NCBI RefSeq assembly: GCF_051954575.1
Contig: NZ_JBQCHP010000065.1
Location: forward strand, 16,952 to 80,951
DNA length: 64,000 nucleotides
From: Dyella sp.
Lineage (GTDB): Bacteria > Pseudomonadota > Gammaproteobacteria > Xanthomonadales > Rhodanobacteraceae
Direction: 5' to 3'
This document shows positions 48,262 to 56,910 of this stretch, in pieces. The notes under the pieces were generated by a model, which did no database searches, was not told the DNA's origin, and was given only the letters and a program-made list of their open reading frames with translations. Within the stretch, counting starts at the first letter, position 1. Each line of letters opens with the position of its first letter. Made by a program: the position numbers and the translations under genes.

Positions 48262-49158
48262 TCAATGCAAGGACGTGGAGCCCGCCGATTTCGTGACTGC
48301 TTCGATGCGCGACAGTTTTTCCGGATGGCGAATGGCGTGGATTGCCGTGATGCGCTCGCCCTCGGCCTCCACCCACATCACCGAGCTGAGTTGCTCGCCC
48401 GCCCAGATCAGCAGCGCCGGCGCGCCGTTGAGCGTGCTGAGCTGATAGCGCGCGGCGCCGTAGGAGTTGATCGCGATCTGCCGGTACAAGCGGGCCAGGC
48501 GATCGGCGCCATGCAGCGGGTGCAGTACCGCGGTGACCACGCCGCCCCCATCGGAAATATGCACCGCGTCTTCGGCGAACAAGGCGCGCAGGGAATCGAG
48601 ATCGGGCCGCTCCATCGCCTGGATGAAACGCTGCAGCATGCGCTGCTGCGCGGCGCGATCCAGATGAAAGCGCGGGCGCCCTTCGCGCAGCCGCGTCTTG
48701 GCGCGATGCACGCGCTGGCGGCAGGCTTCCTCGGTAATGCTAAGGATCGCCGCCGTTTCCGCGTGGCTGTAGTCGAACACTTCCTTGAGCAGGAAGGCCG
48801 CGCGTTCTTCCGGGCTGAGCCGCTCGAGCAGCAGCAGGAAGGACAGGCTCAGCGTCTCGGCGCGCTCCAGTTGCTCGGATGGCGCCTCTTCGATCGGTTC
48901 CAGCGGTTCGGGCAACCATGGGCCGGGATAGTGCTGGCGCTCCACCTTGGCACGTCGCAGCCGGTCCAGGGCCAGGCGGGTGGTGACGGTGACCAGCCAG
49001 GCCTCGGCGTCGTCCACCTCGCCCTTGTCCTGCGCGTGCCAGCGCAGCCAAGCATCGTGCAGCACGTCTTCGGCATCGGCCCGGCTGCCCAGCATGCGAT
49101 AGGCAAGGCCCAGCAGGCGCGAGTGGTTTTTCTGGAACAGTTCGGTGTGCGCGTCCAT
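48262..49158 (-). CDS. ECF41/SigJ-type sigma factor with SnoaL-like C-terminal domain
   Basis: L.GLAYRMLGS..DAED, YPGPWLPEP, LE.LSP.ERA.F.L..VF, SDGGG, PEKL; CMD gene adjacent. Confidence 0.92.
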   Translation of the reverse strand: MDAHTELFQKNHSRLLGLAYRMLGSRADAEDVLHDAWLRWHAQDKGEVDDAEAWLVTVTTRLALDRLRRAKVERQHYPGPWLPEPLEPIEEAPSEQLERAETLSLSFLLLLERLSPEERAAFLLKEVFDYSHAETAAILSITEEACRQRVHRAKTRLREGRPRFHLDRAAQQRMLQRFIQAMERPDLDSLRALFAEDAVHISDGGGVVTAVLHPLHGADRLARLYRQIAINSYGAARYQLSTLNGAPALLIWAGEQLSSVMWVEAEGERITAIHAIRHPEKLSRIEAVTKSAGSTSLH

Positions 49159-49217
49159 GGTCGTCTCCGTAAAGGGGCTTGTGGCCAGGACGCGCAGGTG
49201 CGCGAAAACGTGACGCC

Positions 49218-50165
49218 TCAGTGCACGAACGGCCAGGGCGCCAGGAACACCAGCCAGATGAAGATCAGCATGCCGATGTATTTCACCGTCCGGAACAGCC
49301 GCGGGTATTTCTTCTTGAACGCACGGCTGCGCTCGCGGCTGCGCTGGTTGAGCGCGAACATGCGATTGACGAAGCCGGTTTTTTCTTCCGGCGATTCGGT
49401 GTTCGGCGAGGCCGTAATCTTGCCCATGAAGGCGCCGACGCGATGGTTGATCGCGCTCATCAGGCGCGTGCGCAGCGGGCGCTCGACGTCGGCGAACAGG
49501 ATCACGCGCGTCTGGTCGGTCTTGTTTTCCACCCAGTGCACGTAGGTTTCGTCGAACACGATGTCCTTGCCGTCGCCCCAGGCGTGCTCCTCGCCGTCGA
49601 CGAAGATGCGGCAATCGCGCGAGTTCGGTGTGATCAAACCCAGGTGATAGCGCAAGGAGCCTGCGAACGGATCGCGGTGCGGATTGAGCCTGCTGTTCGG
49701 CGCGAGCGTGGCGAACATGGCCGCCTTCACGCTGGGAATCGCGTTGAGCAGCGCCACGGTTTTCGGGCACAGCGTTTCGGCCGAGGCGAGCGGTTCGCCG
49801 TACCACTTCAGATAAAAGCGCTTCCAGCCTTGCTTGAAGAAACTGTTGAAGCTGGCGTCGTTGTGTTTTTCGGCGGCGCGGATATGGCCTTCGTCGAACA
49901 ATTGCAACGCTTCCTCGCGAATGACCTGCCAGTTGTCGCGCAAGAGATCCAGCTGCGGAAAGCCGTTGCGATCGAGAATCGGCCGCGCCGGTACCGCCGA
50001 GAAGGCGTACATCAGGAGGTTGTACGGCGCGAACACGGCGGAATGATCGACCAGCTGGCGATCGAAGCGTAGTCGCGAGCGGCCGCGCAGATGCACCAGC
50101 AGCACGCACAGCACGAACGCCAGCAGCACGTAGAGGACGATGAAACGGAGGCTGAGGAAATCCAT
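49218..50165 (-). CDS. lpxO: lipid A hydroxylase (Asp/Asn beta-hydroxylase family)
   Basis: RQL.DHS...AP.N..MY.FS, FNSFFK.GWKRFYLKWY, HRDP.AGSLRYHLGL, FDETY.H. Confidence 0.9.
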   Translation of the reverse strand: MDFLSLRFIVLYVLLAFVLCVLLVHLRGRSRLRFDRQLVDHSAVFAPYNLLMYAFSAVPARPILDRNGFPQLDLLRDNWQVIREEALQLFDEGHIRAAEKHNDASFNSFFKQGWKRFYLKWYGEPLASAETLCPKTVALLNAIPSVKAAMFATLAPNSRLNPHRDPFAGSLRYHLGLITPNSRDCRIFVDGEEHAWGDGKDIVFDETYVHWVENKTDQTRVILFADVERPLRTRLMSAINHRVGAFMGKITASPNTESPEEKTGFVNRMFALNQRSRERSRAFKKKYPRLFRTVKYIGMLIFIWLVFLAPWPFVH

Positions 50166-50226
50166 CGTGGAAGCGGCCCGGGTGGCCTGAAGAAATGCCG
50201 ATGGTCGATTTTACGGCAAATCCCGT

Positions 50227-51015
50227 TCAGTGACGGAGCACGAATGCCGCACCGGCGCCCGGGCGGTAGCCGTTTTTCAGCGCGCGTTGCACATAGGCGA
50301 TGGCGCGGCGCACGGCCTGGCGCGGCGTTGAACCGCTGGCCAGTTGCGCGGCGATGGCCGAGGCCAGCGTGCAGCCGGTGCCGTGGCCTTCGCGTGCAAG
50401 GCGGGGATGGCGGATGTCCAGCGTACCTTTGGCGTCGAGGTAGCGATCGACCACCTCATGATCGCGTCCATGCCCGCCTTTCAGCAGGACGCTGCGAGCG
50501 CCGAGGGCAAGCAAGGCCTTTCCCGCGTCCGCAAGTTGCTTCGAGGTTTTCAATGGGCGTCCTAGCAGGGCTTCGGCTTCCGGCAGGTTGGGCGTCAGCA
50601 CGTCGGCGAGCGGGATCAGTTCATGGATCAGCGCATCGACCGCATCTTCGTCGAGCAGGCGCGAACCGCTGGTGGCGATCATCACCGGATCGACCACCAC
50701 CCAGGCCGGTTTGCGCTTGCGCAGTTCCCTGGCGACGAGCCGTACCGTCGCGGCGTTTCCCAGCATGCCGGTTTTTACGGACGCGATCGGGAAATCATCG
50801 AACACCGCGTCGAGCTGGCTGCGGATATGCGCAAGCGGAACCGGATGCACGGCCGTGACGTTGCGCGTGTTCTGCGAGGTGATCGCGGCGATGACGGATA
50901 GCCCATGCACGCCGTGCGCGTGGAAGGTTTTCAGGTCGGCCTGGATGCCGGCACCACCGCCGGAATCGGAACCGGCGATGGTGAGGGCGATGGGCGGTTG
51001 CTTGGAGGATGCCAC
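50227..51015 (-). CDS. thiD: hydroxymethylpyrimidine/phosphomethylpyrimidine kinase
   Basis: [43 protein letters not shown]; GTG start chosen outside the REP. Confidence 0.95.
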   Translation of the reverse strand: MASSKQPPIALTIAGSDSGGGAGIQADLKTFHAHGVHGLSVIAAITSQNTRNVTAVHPVPLAHIRSQLDAVFDDFPIASVKTGMLGNAATVRLVARELRKRKPAWVVVDPVMIATSGSRLLDEDAVDALIHELIPLADVLTPNLPEAEALLGRPLKTSKQLADAGKALLALGARSVLLKGGHGRDHEVVDRYLDAKGTLDIRHPRLAREGHGTGCTLASAIAAQLASGSTPRQAVRRAIAYVQRALKNGYRPGAGAAFVLRH

Positions 51016-51026
51016 GCTTTTTTGCT

Positions 51027-51054
51027 CGTCATTCCGGCGAAGGCCGGAATCCAT
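51027..51054. repeat. CGTC REP, left flank of the GIY-YIG gene
   Basis: CGTCATTCCGGCGAAGGCCGGAATCCAT, directly abutting the TAG stop. Confidence 0.92.
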
Positions 51055-51345
51055 CTATCTCAGTGCTGGATACAGGTCGATCCAATGAGGATTTTCCTCC
51101 TCAATCAACCTGATCTTCCAGTTACGCTTCCAGTTTTTGATAGCCTTTTCGCGAAGTATGGCCGATTCCATGGTTTCATGAAGTTCGAGCCATACGAGCC
51201 GATGCACGTCGTATCGGTTGGTGAAACCCTCAACGACGTGATTTTTGTGCTGCCAGACACGCTTGATCAGGTCGCTCGTGACTCCGATGTAAAGCGTGCC
51301 TCTTCTGCCGCTGCTTAGGATGTAAACGCAAGGTTGCCGATCCAT
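51055..51345 (-). CDS. stand-alone GIY-YIG nuclease (96 aa)
   Basis: CVYIL...[30 protein letters not shown]. Confidence 0.92.
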   Translation of the reverse strand: MDRQPCVYILSSGRRGTLYIGVTSDLIKRVWQHKNHVVEGFTNRYDVHRLVWLELHETMESAILREKAIKNWKRNWKIRLIEEENPHWIDLYPALR

Positions 51346-51358
51346 GGCTAGATTCCAA

Positions 51359-51426
51359 ATGGATCCCGGCCTTCGCCGGGATGACGTTTCGCTTCGAAAG
51401 TCATCTCGGCGAAGACCGGGGTCCAT
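51359..51426. repeat. CGTC REP, right flank (51359-51386, inverted), plus a third degenerate unit (51399-51426)
   Basis: ATGGATCCCGGCCTTCGCCGGGATGACG; AGTCATCTCGGCGAAGACCGGGGTCCAT. Confidence 0.88.
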
Positions 51427-51456
51427 CACCGTGATAGGGATTGAGATGCACCGGAA

Positions 51457-52836
51457 TTACAACGCCTCCGACGCAAAATCCGCCAGGCGCGAACGTTCGC
51501 CACGCCGCAGCGTGATATGCGCCGAATGCGCCCAATGCTTGAAGCGATCCACCGCATACGTCAAACCCGAGGTGGTTTCCGTAAGGTACGGCGTATCGAT
51601 CTGCTCCACATTACCTAGGCACACGATCTTCGTGCCGGGGCCGGCGCGCGTGATCAGCGTCTTCATCTGCTTCGGCGTGAGGTTCTGCGCCTCGTCGATG
51701 ATGAGATAGCGTGAGAGGAAGGTGCGTCCGCGCATGAAGTTGAGCGAGCGGATCTTGATGCGCGAGGCGAGCAGATCGTTGGTGGCCTGGCGTCCCCAGC
51801 TGCCGCCTTCTTCCGGGTTGGCGAGCACTTCGAGATTATCGGTGAGCGCGCCCATCCACGGCGTCATCTTTTCTTCCTCGGTGCCGGGCAGGAAGCCGAT
51901 GTCTTCGCCGACCGACACGGTGGCGCGCGTCATGATGATTTCGCGATAGCGCTGCTGGTCCATCACCTGCGCCAGGCCGGCGGCGAGCGCGAGCAGCGTC
52001 TTGCCGGTACCGGCGGTGCCGAGCAGGGTGACGAAATCGACGTCCGGATCCATCAGCATGTTGAGCGCGAAATTCTGTTCGCGGTTGCGCGCGGCGATGC
52101 CCCACACGGCGTGGTTGCTATGGCTGTGGTCATCCATCAGTACCAGCGTGGCGCGCACTTCATCCACGTGCAGTACGCGCAATTCCACGCTGTCGTCGCC
52201 GGGCAGGAACAGGCACTGGTTCGGATACCAGTCTTCGTCCTTGCGCCGGTCGAACTTGTAGAAGGTGCGCCCGCGCTCGTTCCACGATTGCACTTCCGGA
52301 TGGCGATCCCAGAAATCCTCCGGCAATTGCGCCGAGCCGGTGTAGAGCAGGGCAAAATCGTCCAGTGCGCGATCGTTCTCGTAATCCTCCGCATCAATGC
52401 CGTAGATCTTGGCCTTGATGCGCAGGTTGATGTCCTTGGTGACCAGGATCACCGAACGACCCGGATTTTCTTCCTTCAGCTCGATGACCGCGGAAAGGAT
52501 CAGGTTGTCGGCCTTGCCGTGTCCGTTGGTGGTGCGCTGCTGGAAATAAAGCCGCCCAACCGCTGCGCCACGCCGGAGCGAAATGCCTTCAGGGCTTTGC
52601 AGTTCCAGGCCATTGCTGATGCCATGACCATTGCCGCGTTCGATCAGTTCATTGAGGAAGCGGCTGACCTGGCGACCGTTGCGCGAAACTTCCGAGGCGC
52701 CTTTTTTCTTTTCGTCCAGTTCCTCCAGAACCGTCATCGGAATGAAGATGTCGTGCTCCTCGAAGCGGAACAGCGACGTCGGGTCATGCAACAGCACGTT
52801 GGTGTCGAGAGCGTAGATGCGCTTGCTTCCGGTCAT
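51457..52836 (-). CDS. PIN-PhoH family protein (PhoH2/YlaK-like)
   Basis: LDTNVLLHDP (PIN), GTAGTGKT, FMRGRT, DEAQN, GN..QIDTP. Confidence 0.93.
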   Translation of the reverse strand: MTGSKRIYALDTNVLLHDPTSLFRFEEHDIFIPMTVLEELDEKKKGASEVSRNGRQVSRFLNELIERGNGHGISNGLELQSPEGISLRRGAAVGRLYFQQRTTNGHGKADNLILSAVIELKEENPGRSVILVTKDINLRIKAKIYGIDAEDYENDRALDDFALLYTGSAQLPEDFWDRHPEVQSWNERGRTFYKFDRRKDEDWYPNQCLFLPGDDSVELRVLHVDEVRATLVLMDDHSHSNHAVWGIAARNREQNFALNMLMDPDVDFVTLLGTAGTGKTLLALAAGLAQVMDQQRYREIIMTRATVSVGEDIGFLPGTEEEKMTPWMGALTDNLEVLANPEEGGSWGRQATNDLLASRIKIRSLNFMRGRTFLSRYLIIDEAQNLTPKQMKTLITRAGPGTKIVCLGNVEQIDTPYLTETTSGLTYAVDRFKHWAHSAHITLRRGERSRLADFASEAL

Positions 52837-52906
52837 ACGGAAGAAACCTCGCGAAGTGGGAGGTGGAGGAAACGAAGTACGTTGGCGGGCACGTCGGGCG
52901 TAGCGA

Positions 52907-53368
52907 TCACTTGGCAGGTATGGCGTCGAGCACCGCCTGCGCGTGGCCGGGCACTTTCACGCCCCGCCATTCCGCAGCGAGCTTGCCGTCGGGATCGATC
53001 AGGAAAGTGCTGCGCACCACGCCGAGATAACGCTTGCCGTACAACACCTTCTCGTGGATTACGTCGAAGGCCTTGCACCAGGTTTCGTCGGAGTCGGACA
53101 GCAGCGGAAAGGGCAGCTCCTGCTTGCTGGCGAAGTTGGCGTGGGATTTCACCGAGTCGCGCGAGACGCCGATGATTTCGGCATGGCGCTTCTTGAACTT
53201 CGGGTAGAGATCGCGAAAGTCTTTCGCTTCGTTGGTGCACCCGGGGGTGCTGTCCTTGGGGTAGAAGTAGACGACTACCCATTGGCCTTTCAGTGAATCG
53301 AGTTTCAGCGTACTGCCGTCGCCGGTGACGCCTTGCAGCTTGGGGACTTTCTTGCCTAGTTCGGGCAT
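52907..53368 (-). CDS. bcp: peroxiredoxin Bcp
   Basis: YFYPKDSTPGCT.EA..FRD, RSTFLID. Confidence 0.93.
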   Translation of the reverse strand: MPELGKKVPKLQGVTGDGSTLKLDSLKGQWVVVYFYPKDSTPGCTNEAKDFRDLYPKFKKRHAEIIGVSRDSVKSHANFASKQELPFPLLSDSDETWCKAFDVIHEKVLYGKRYLGVVRSTFLIDPDGKLAAEWRGVKVPGHAQAVLDAIPAK

Positions 53369-53490
53369 GGGCTCTCCGGTAGCCAGTATTGCAACTGCTG
53401 GGACGGAGACTAGCGCGTGTTATGTGACGGAAACAGGCTTGTCAGATGACACGGAGCGGAGCATTCTAGAATTTCTCCGGATCCATCGCC

Positions 53491-53566
53491 GTAGGTTGGG
53501 TTAGCGCAGCTTAACCCAACGTTCCAGGGCGGCATTGTTGGGTTCCGCGGCGCTAACCCAACCTAC
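53491..53566. repeat. GTAG REP doublet, family A
   Basis: Family A arms with a few substitutions; bracketed by a 23 bp direct repeat. Confidence 0.88.
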
Positions 53567-53592
53567 GTGGAAGTCCGCAAAAAAATGGACTT

Positions 53593-54156
53593 CTAGAATT
53601 TCACCGGATCCATGATGGCATCCAGATTCAAGCCATCGCAGAACTCCAGGAAATCGTCGCGCAAGGCGGCGATGTGCAATTTGTCCGGCACCCCGATCGT
53701 GAACTGCGCCTGGAACATCGCCGCGCCCGTCTGCATGGCCTGGTAGCGCATGGAGCTGAGCTGCTCCACGCTGATGTCGTGGCGGCTGAAGAAATCCACG
53801 ATCTTCACCAGGATGCCGGGGCGATCCGACGAGACCACTTCCACCAGGTAGGGCAGCAGATGACCGCTGGGCTCGCGCGGGCTGGTGCGGTAATGCGTAA
53901 GGCGCAGTTCCTCTTCGCGTGCCAGCTTGGCCAGTGCGGTTTCCAGCTTGGCCACCGCGTCCCACGCGCCGCTGGCGAGCAGGGTGAGGGAGGTGTCCGC
54001 GCCGATGGTCGAGACGCGTGCATCGGAAAGATTGCAGCCGGCATCGGCGATGCGCTTGGCCAGTGCGAGCAGCGGCGTACGCGTGGCCGGCGTCAGCGTC
54101 TGGATCAGCAGTTGGTGGTCGTTGCTGGATCGCGCGGAAAAAGGGTTGGTGGACAT
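53593..54156 (-). CDS. gcvR: ACT-domain regulator, GcvR-like
   Basis: Two ACT domains (GCN..D.R; V.V...DRPGI); divergent from dapA and upstream of bcp. Confidence 0.85.
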   Translation of the reverse strand: MSTNPFSARSSNDHQLLIQTLTPATRTPLLALAKRIADAGCNLSDARVSTIGADTSLTLLASGAWDAVAKLETALAKLAREEELRLTHYRTSPREPSGHLLPYLVEVVSSDRPGILVKIVDFFSRHDISVEQLSSMRYQAMQTGAAMFQAQFTIGVPDKLHIAALRDDFLEFCDGLNLDAIMDPVKF

Positions 54157-54271
54157 GGATGGCAAGCGACCCCGCGTCGTGCGGGATGACGACGAACGAT
54201 ACGCCAGCTTACTTGCCCGTCCCGCGAGGCCGCAAGTAAGATGCTGAGCTTGGTTTTGTGCGGATAGCCCC

Positions 54272-55165
54272 ATGAAGATTCACGGCAGCGTCTGCGCCCT
54301 GGTTACTCCATTCGGCTCGGATGGGGCGCTCGATCTGGCGGCTTTCGGCCGCCTGCTCGACTTCCAGATCGCGGGCGGCACCCAGGCGGTGGTCGTCGCC
54401 GGTTCCACCGGCGAAGCCCATATGCTCGAACACGACGAATACGATCGCCTGCTCGCCTTCGCGGTGGAGCATGTCGCCGGCCGTATTCCGGTGATCGCCG
54501 GCACCGGCGAGGCCGGCACCGCCAAAACCGTCGCCATCACCCAACGCGCCCGCAGCCTGGGCGCGGATGCCGCGCTGGTGGTCACGCCCTATTACGTACG
54601 CCCCACGCAGGAAGGCCTGCGCCGGCATTTCCTGGAAGTGGCCGAGCATGGCGGCCTGCCGGTCATTCTCTACAACGTACCCAGCCGCACCGGCTGCGAT
54701 CTCTTGCCCGAGACCACGGCGATACTGCGCGAGCACGACGCCATCGTCGGCATCAAGGAAGCGCGCGGCGACGCGGAACGCATCCGGCGCACGGCGGAAC
54801 TTGTGCGCTCGGATTTCGTCTATCTGTCCGGCGACGACGCCAGCGGGGCGCAAGCCATGCTGGCCGGCGCCGCCGGCGTCATTTCGGTGGTGGCCAACCT
54901 GGCGCCCAGGGCTTTCCGTGCATTGTGCGATGCGGCTGTAGCGGGCGATCGTGCCGCCACGGCACGTTGCGATGCCGCGCTCGAACCGCTGGTGCAGGCG
55001 CTCAATTGCGCGCCCAACCCGATTGCGGTGAAAGCCGGTTTGCCGGACCTGGGACTGGGCACGGCGCTGCCGCGGCTGCCATTGGTGGAACTGGAACAGG
55101 GGCCGGCACGCGAACAGCTACGCAAGGCCTTGGCGACTCTGGCATCCTTGGCGGATGCCGCCTGA
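54272..55165 (+). CDS. dapA: 4-hydroxy-tetrahydrodipicolinate synthase
   Basis: ALVTPF, GSTGE, VTPYY.RP, YNVPSRT, GIKEA. Confidence 0.96.
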   Translation: MKIHGSVCALVTPFGSDGALDLAAFGRLLDFQIAGGTQAVVVAGSTGEAHMLEHDEYDRLLAFAVEHVAGRIPVIAGTGEAGTAKTVAITQRARSLGADAALVVTPYYVRPTQEGLRRHFLEVAEHGGLPVILYNVPSRTGCDLLPETTAILREHDAIVGIKEARGDAERIRRTAELVRSDFVYLSGDDASGAQAMLAGAAGVISVVANLAPRAFRALCDAAVAGDRAATARCDAALEPLVQALNCAPNPIAVKAGLPDLGLGTALPRLPLVELEQGPAREQLRKALATLASLADAA

Positions 55166-55221
55166 ATTCAAGGCCGGTCGCCTGCTCGACTCAACTTCGG
55201 AACACAACGGACACCCCATAC

Positions 55222-55815
55222 ATGAAGAAATCTTCCCTCGCCGTCGCCCTGCCGGCCCTGGTTCTGACTGGCCTGCTACTTTCCGGCTGCGGCATCTTCC
55301 GTTCCGAAAAGGCCTGGCAGACGGCCCAGCAGCAATCGCCGCTGGAAATCCCGCCCGGCATGGATACACCCAACGCCAGCGCTGCGCTGGTGATTCCGCC
55401 GCCCGGCGCCAACCGCCCGACCGCCAATGGCGCCACCGCGCGCGTGGGCAATGCGCCCAGCTCCATCACCGACGGCTTCATCCTGGCCGACAACGTCGAC
55501 GACACCTACCGCCGCGTCGGCGAGGCGCTGAGCAACGGTGAAATCGGCACGCTGCAAAGCCATGACGATGCCGCGCACAGCTACAGCCTCAACGTGATGG
55601 CCTCCGATCAGCCGGCCGAAAAGGCGGGCTTCTTCGGCCGCATGTTCGGCCGCGGCAGCAGCGGCGCAAGCGGCCCCAACGTGGCGCCGCGCCAGGTGGT
55701 GGTCACGGTCGCCGCCAGCGGACAGGGTTCGAGCGAAGTGCGTGCGCAGGGTGAAGCGGCGGCGGTCGCCAAGGTGGTCGATAGCTTGAAGTCGCGCCTG
55801 GGTGGCAAGGGTTGA
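55222..55815 (+). CDS. lipoprotein at the bamC position
   Basis: LSGC lipobox; SPLEIPPG motif; directly downstream of dapA. Confidence 0.75.
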   Translation: MKKSSLAVALPALVLTGLLLSGCGIFRSEKAWQTAQQQSPLEIPPGMDTPNASAALVIPPPGANRPTANGATARVGNAPSSITDGFILADNVDDTYRRVGEALSNGEIGTLQSHDDAAHSYSLNVMASDQPAEKAGFFGRMFGRGSSGASGPNVAPRQVVVTVAASGQGSSEVRAQGEAAAVAKVVDSLKSRLGGKG

Positions 55816-55861
55816 TTAGATCGCGGACCGCAGGTTTGCGATAACGGCGAATTTGCCTCCC

Positions 55862-55979
55862 CGTCATTCCGGCGCAGGCCGGAATCCAGTTTCAATAAAC
55901 CGTGCGGAGCACTCGAAACCGGTTTCGTGTCCTTCGGACAGCGTATTTGACCTGGATACCGGCCTGCGCCGGAATGACG
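55862..55979. repeat. CGTC REP doublet with long structured spacer
   Basis: CGTCATTCCGGCGCAGGCCGGAATCCAG ... CTGGATACCGGCCTGCGCCGGAATGACG; spacer homologous to the reverse complement of 32154-32217. Confidence 0.9.
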
Positions 55980-56030
55980 GTGAGGCGGGATTAAATTCTC
56001 CGGCATACAGGCCGTTTTCCGCACACAAAG

Positions 56031-56062
56031 AAAAAGGCACTTGCTCGCGCAGTGCCTTTTTT
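56031..56062. terminator. intrinsic terminator (fdxA side)
   Basis: A5-GGCACT-TGCTCGCGC-AGTGCC-T6. Confidence 0.75.
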
Positions 56063-56075
56063 CGTTTCCGCAATG

Positions 56076-56417
56076 CTAGGGAGTGTGGGGCTTCTCACGC
56101 TCCAGCAGCTTCAACTTGTCCGGCTTGCCTTCCCACTCCTTCGCATCCGGCAAGGCGTCCTTGCGCACGGTGATCACGGGCCACTCCTTGGCGAGTTCCT
56201 TGTTCAAGGCGGTGAAATGCTCCTGCCCGGCGGGAACGTCGTCCTCCGGATAGATCGCATTGATCGGGCACTCCGGCTCGCACAAGGTGCAGTCGATGCA
56301 CTCGTCGGGGTTGATCGCCAGGAAATTGGGGCCTTCGTGAAAGGCGTCGACCGGACAGACTTCGACGCAATCGGTGTATTTGCACTTGATGCAATTGTCG
56401 GTGACGACGAAGGTCAT
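56076..56417 (-). CDS. fdxA: 7Fe ferredoxin
   Basis: [28 protein letters not shown]. Confidence 0.95.
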   Translation of the reverse strand: MTFVVTDNCIKCKYTDCVEVCPVDAFHEGPNFLAINPDECIDCTLCEPECPINAIYPEDDVPAGQEHFTALNKELAKEWPVITVRKDALPDAKEWEGKPDKLKLLEREKPHTP

Positions 56418-56463
56418 GCTGCCGTATGCCTCTGGACCGGAAAGACGGACCGTCTTTGGAGGT

Positions 56464-56539
56464 TGGCGCTCCCAACGAGGTTCGAACTCGTGTTCCCGCC
56501 TTGAGAGGGCGGTGTCCTAGACCACTAGACGATGGGAGC
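56464..56539 (-). tRNA. tRNA-Glu (anticodon CTC)
   Basis: GCTCCCA/TGGGAGC acceptor stem, G discriminator, encoded CCA; CCGCC-CTCTCAA-GGCGG anticodon arm; GTTCGAA T-loop; 76 nt. Confidence 0.95.
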
Positions 56540-56910
56540 GTATTGCTGCGAAGCGCGCTAGTATAGCTGAATCGCCCCGTCCGGCAACGCCTGCACGCGC
56601 GCCCTCGCATCCGCTCAAGCACTTGCAGGACAATGCTTACGACCGGTTTCGGATGGTTGCAGCATGCCAGGCATGCTCGGCCAGACCTCCGGATTTGGAA
56701 CCGCAAGGATTTCGACCGCTTGAACCTCACTCCCACAGTTAGCCCGCATTACTCGCACTCCTCCTGCTGCGGTCGCCTAGCCAGCGGCCGGTCGCGCGCT
56801 GCTTCCTCGGGTGAGTTCGACGTACTGTGGAGTACGCCTTCGCTCCCCTTGAGTGCGCATCGCACGTCCGGCCGCAGGCTAGGCCCCCTCGCTACGGAGG
56901 GGTGCGAGTA

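Noticed and set aside
51016-51054. ORF-track N-termini such as [43 protein letters not shown]
   Set aside because: These are translations of REP sequences, not protein leaders; starts were moved to the downstream codons.
51346-51456. TPP riboswitch upstream of thiD
   Set aside because: No CTGAGA-type aptamer motif; the space is taken up by REPs and the nuclease gene.
56464-56539. tRNA-Glu as the attachment site of a genomic island
   Set aside because: No duplicated tRNA 3' end and no integrase were seen; the neighbours are housekeeping genes.
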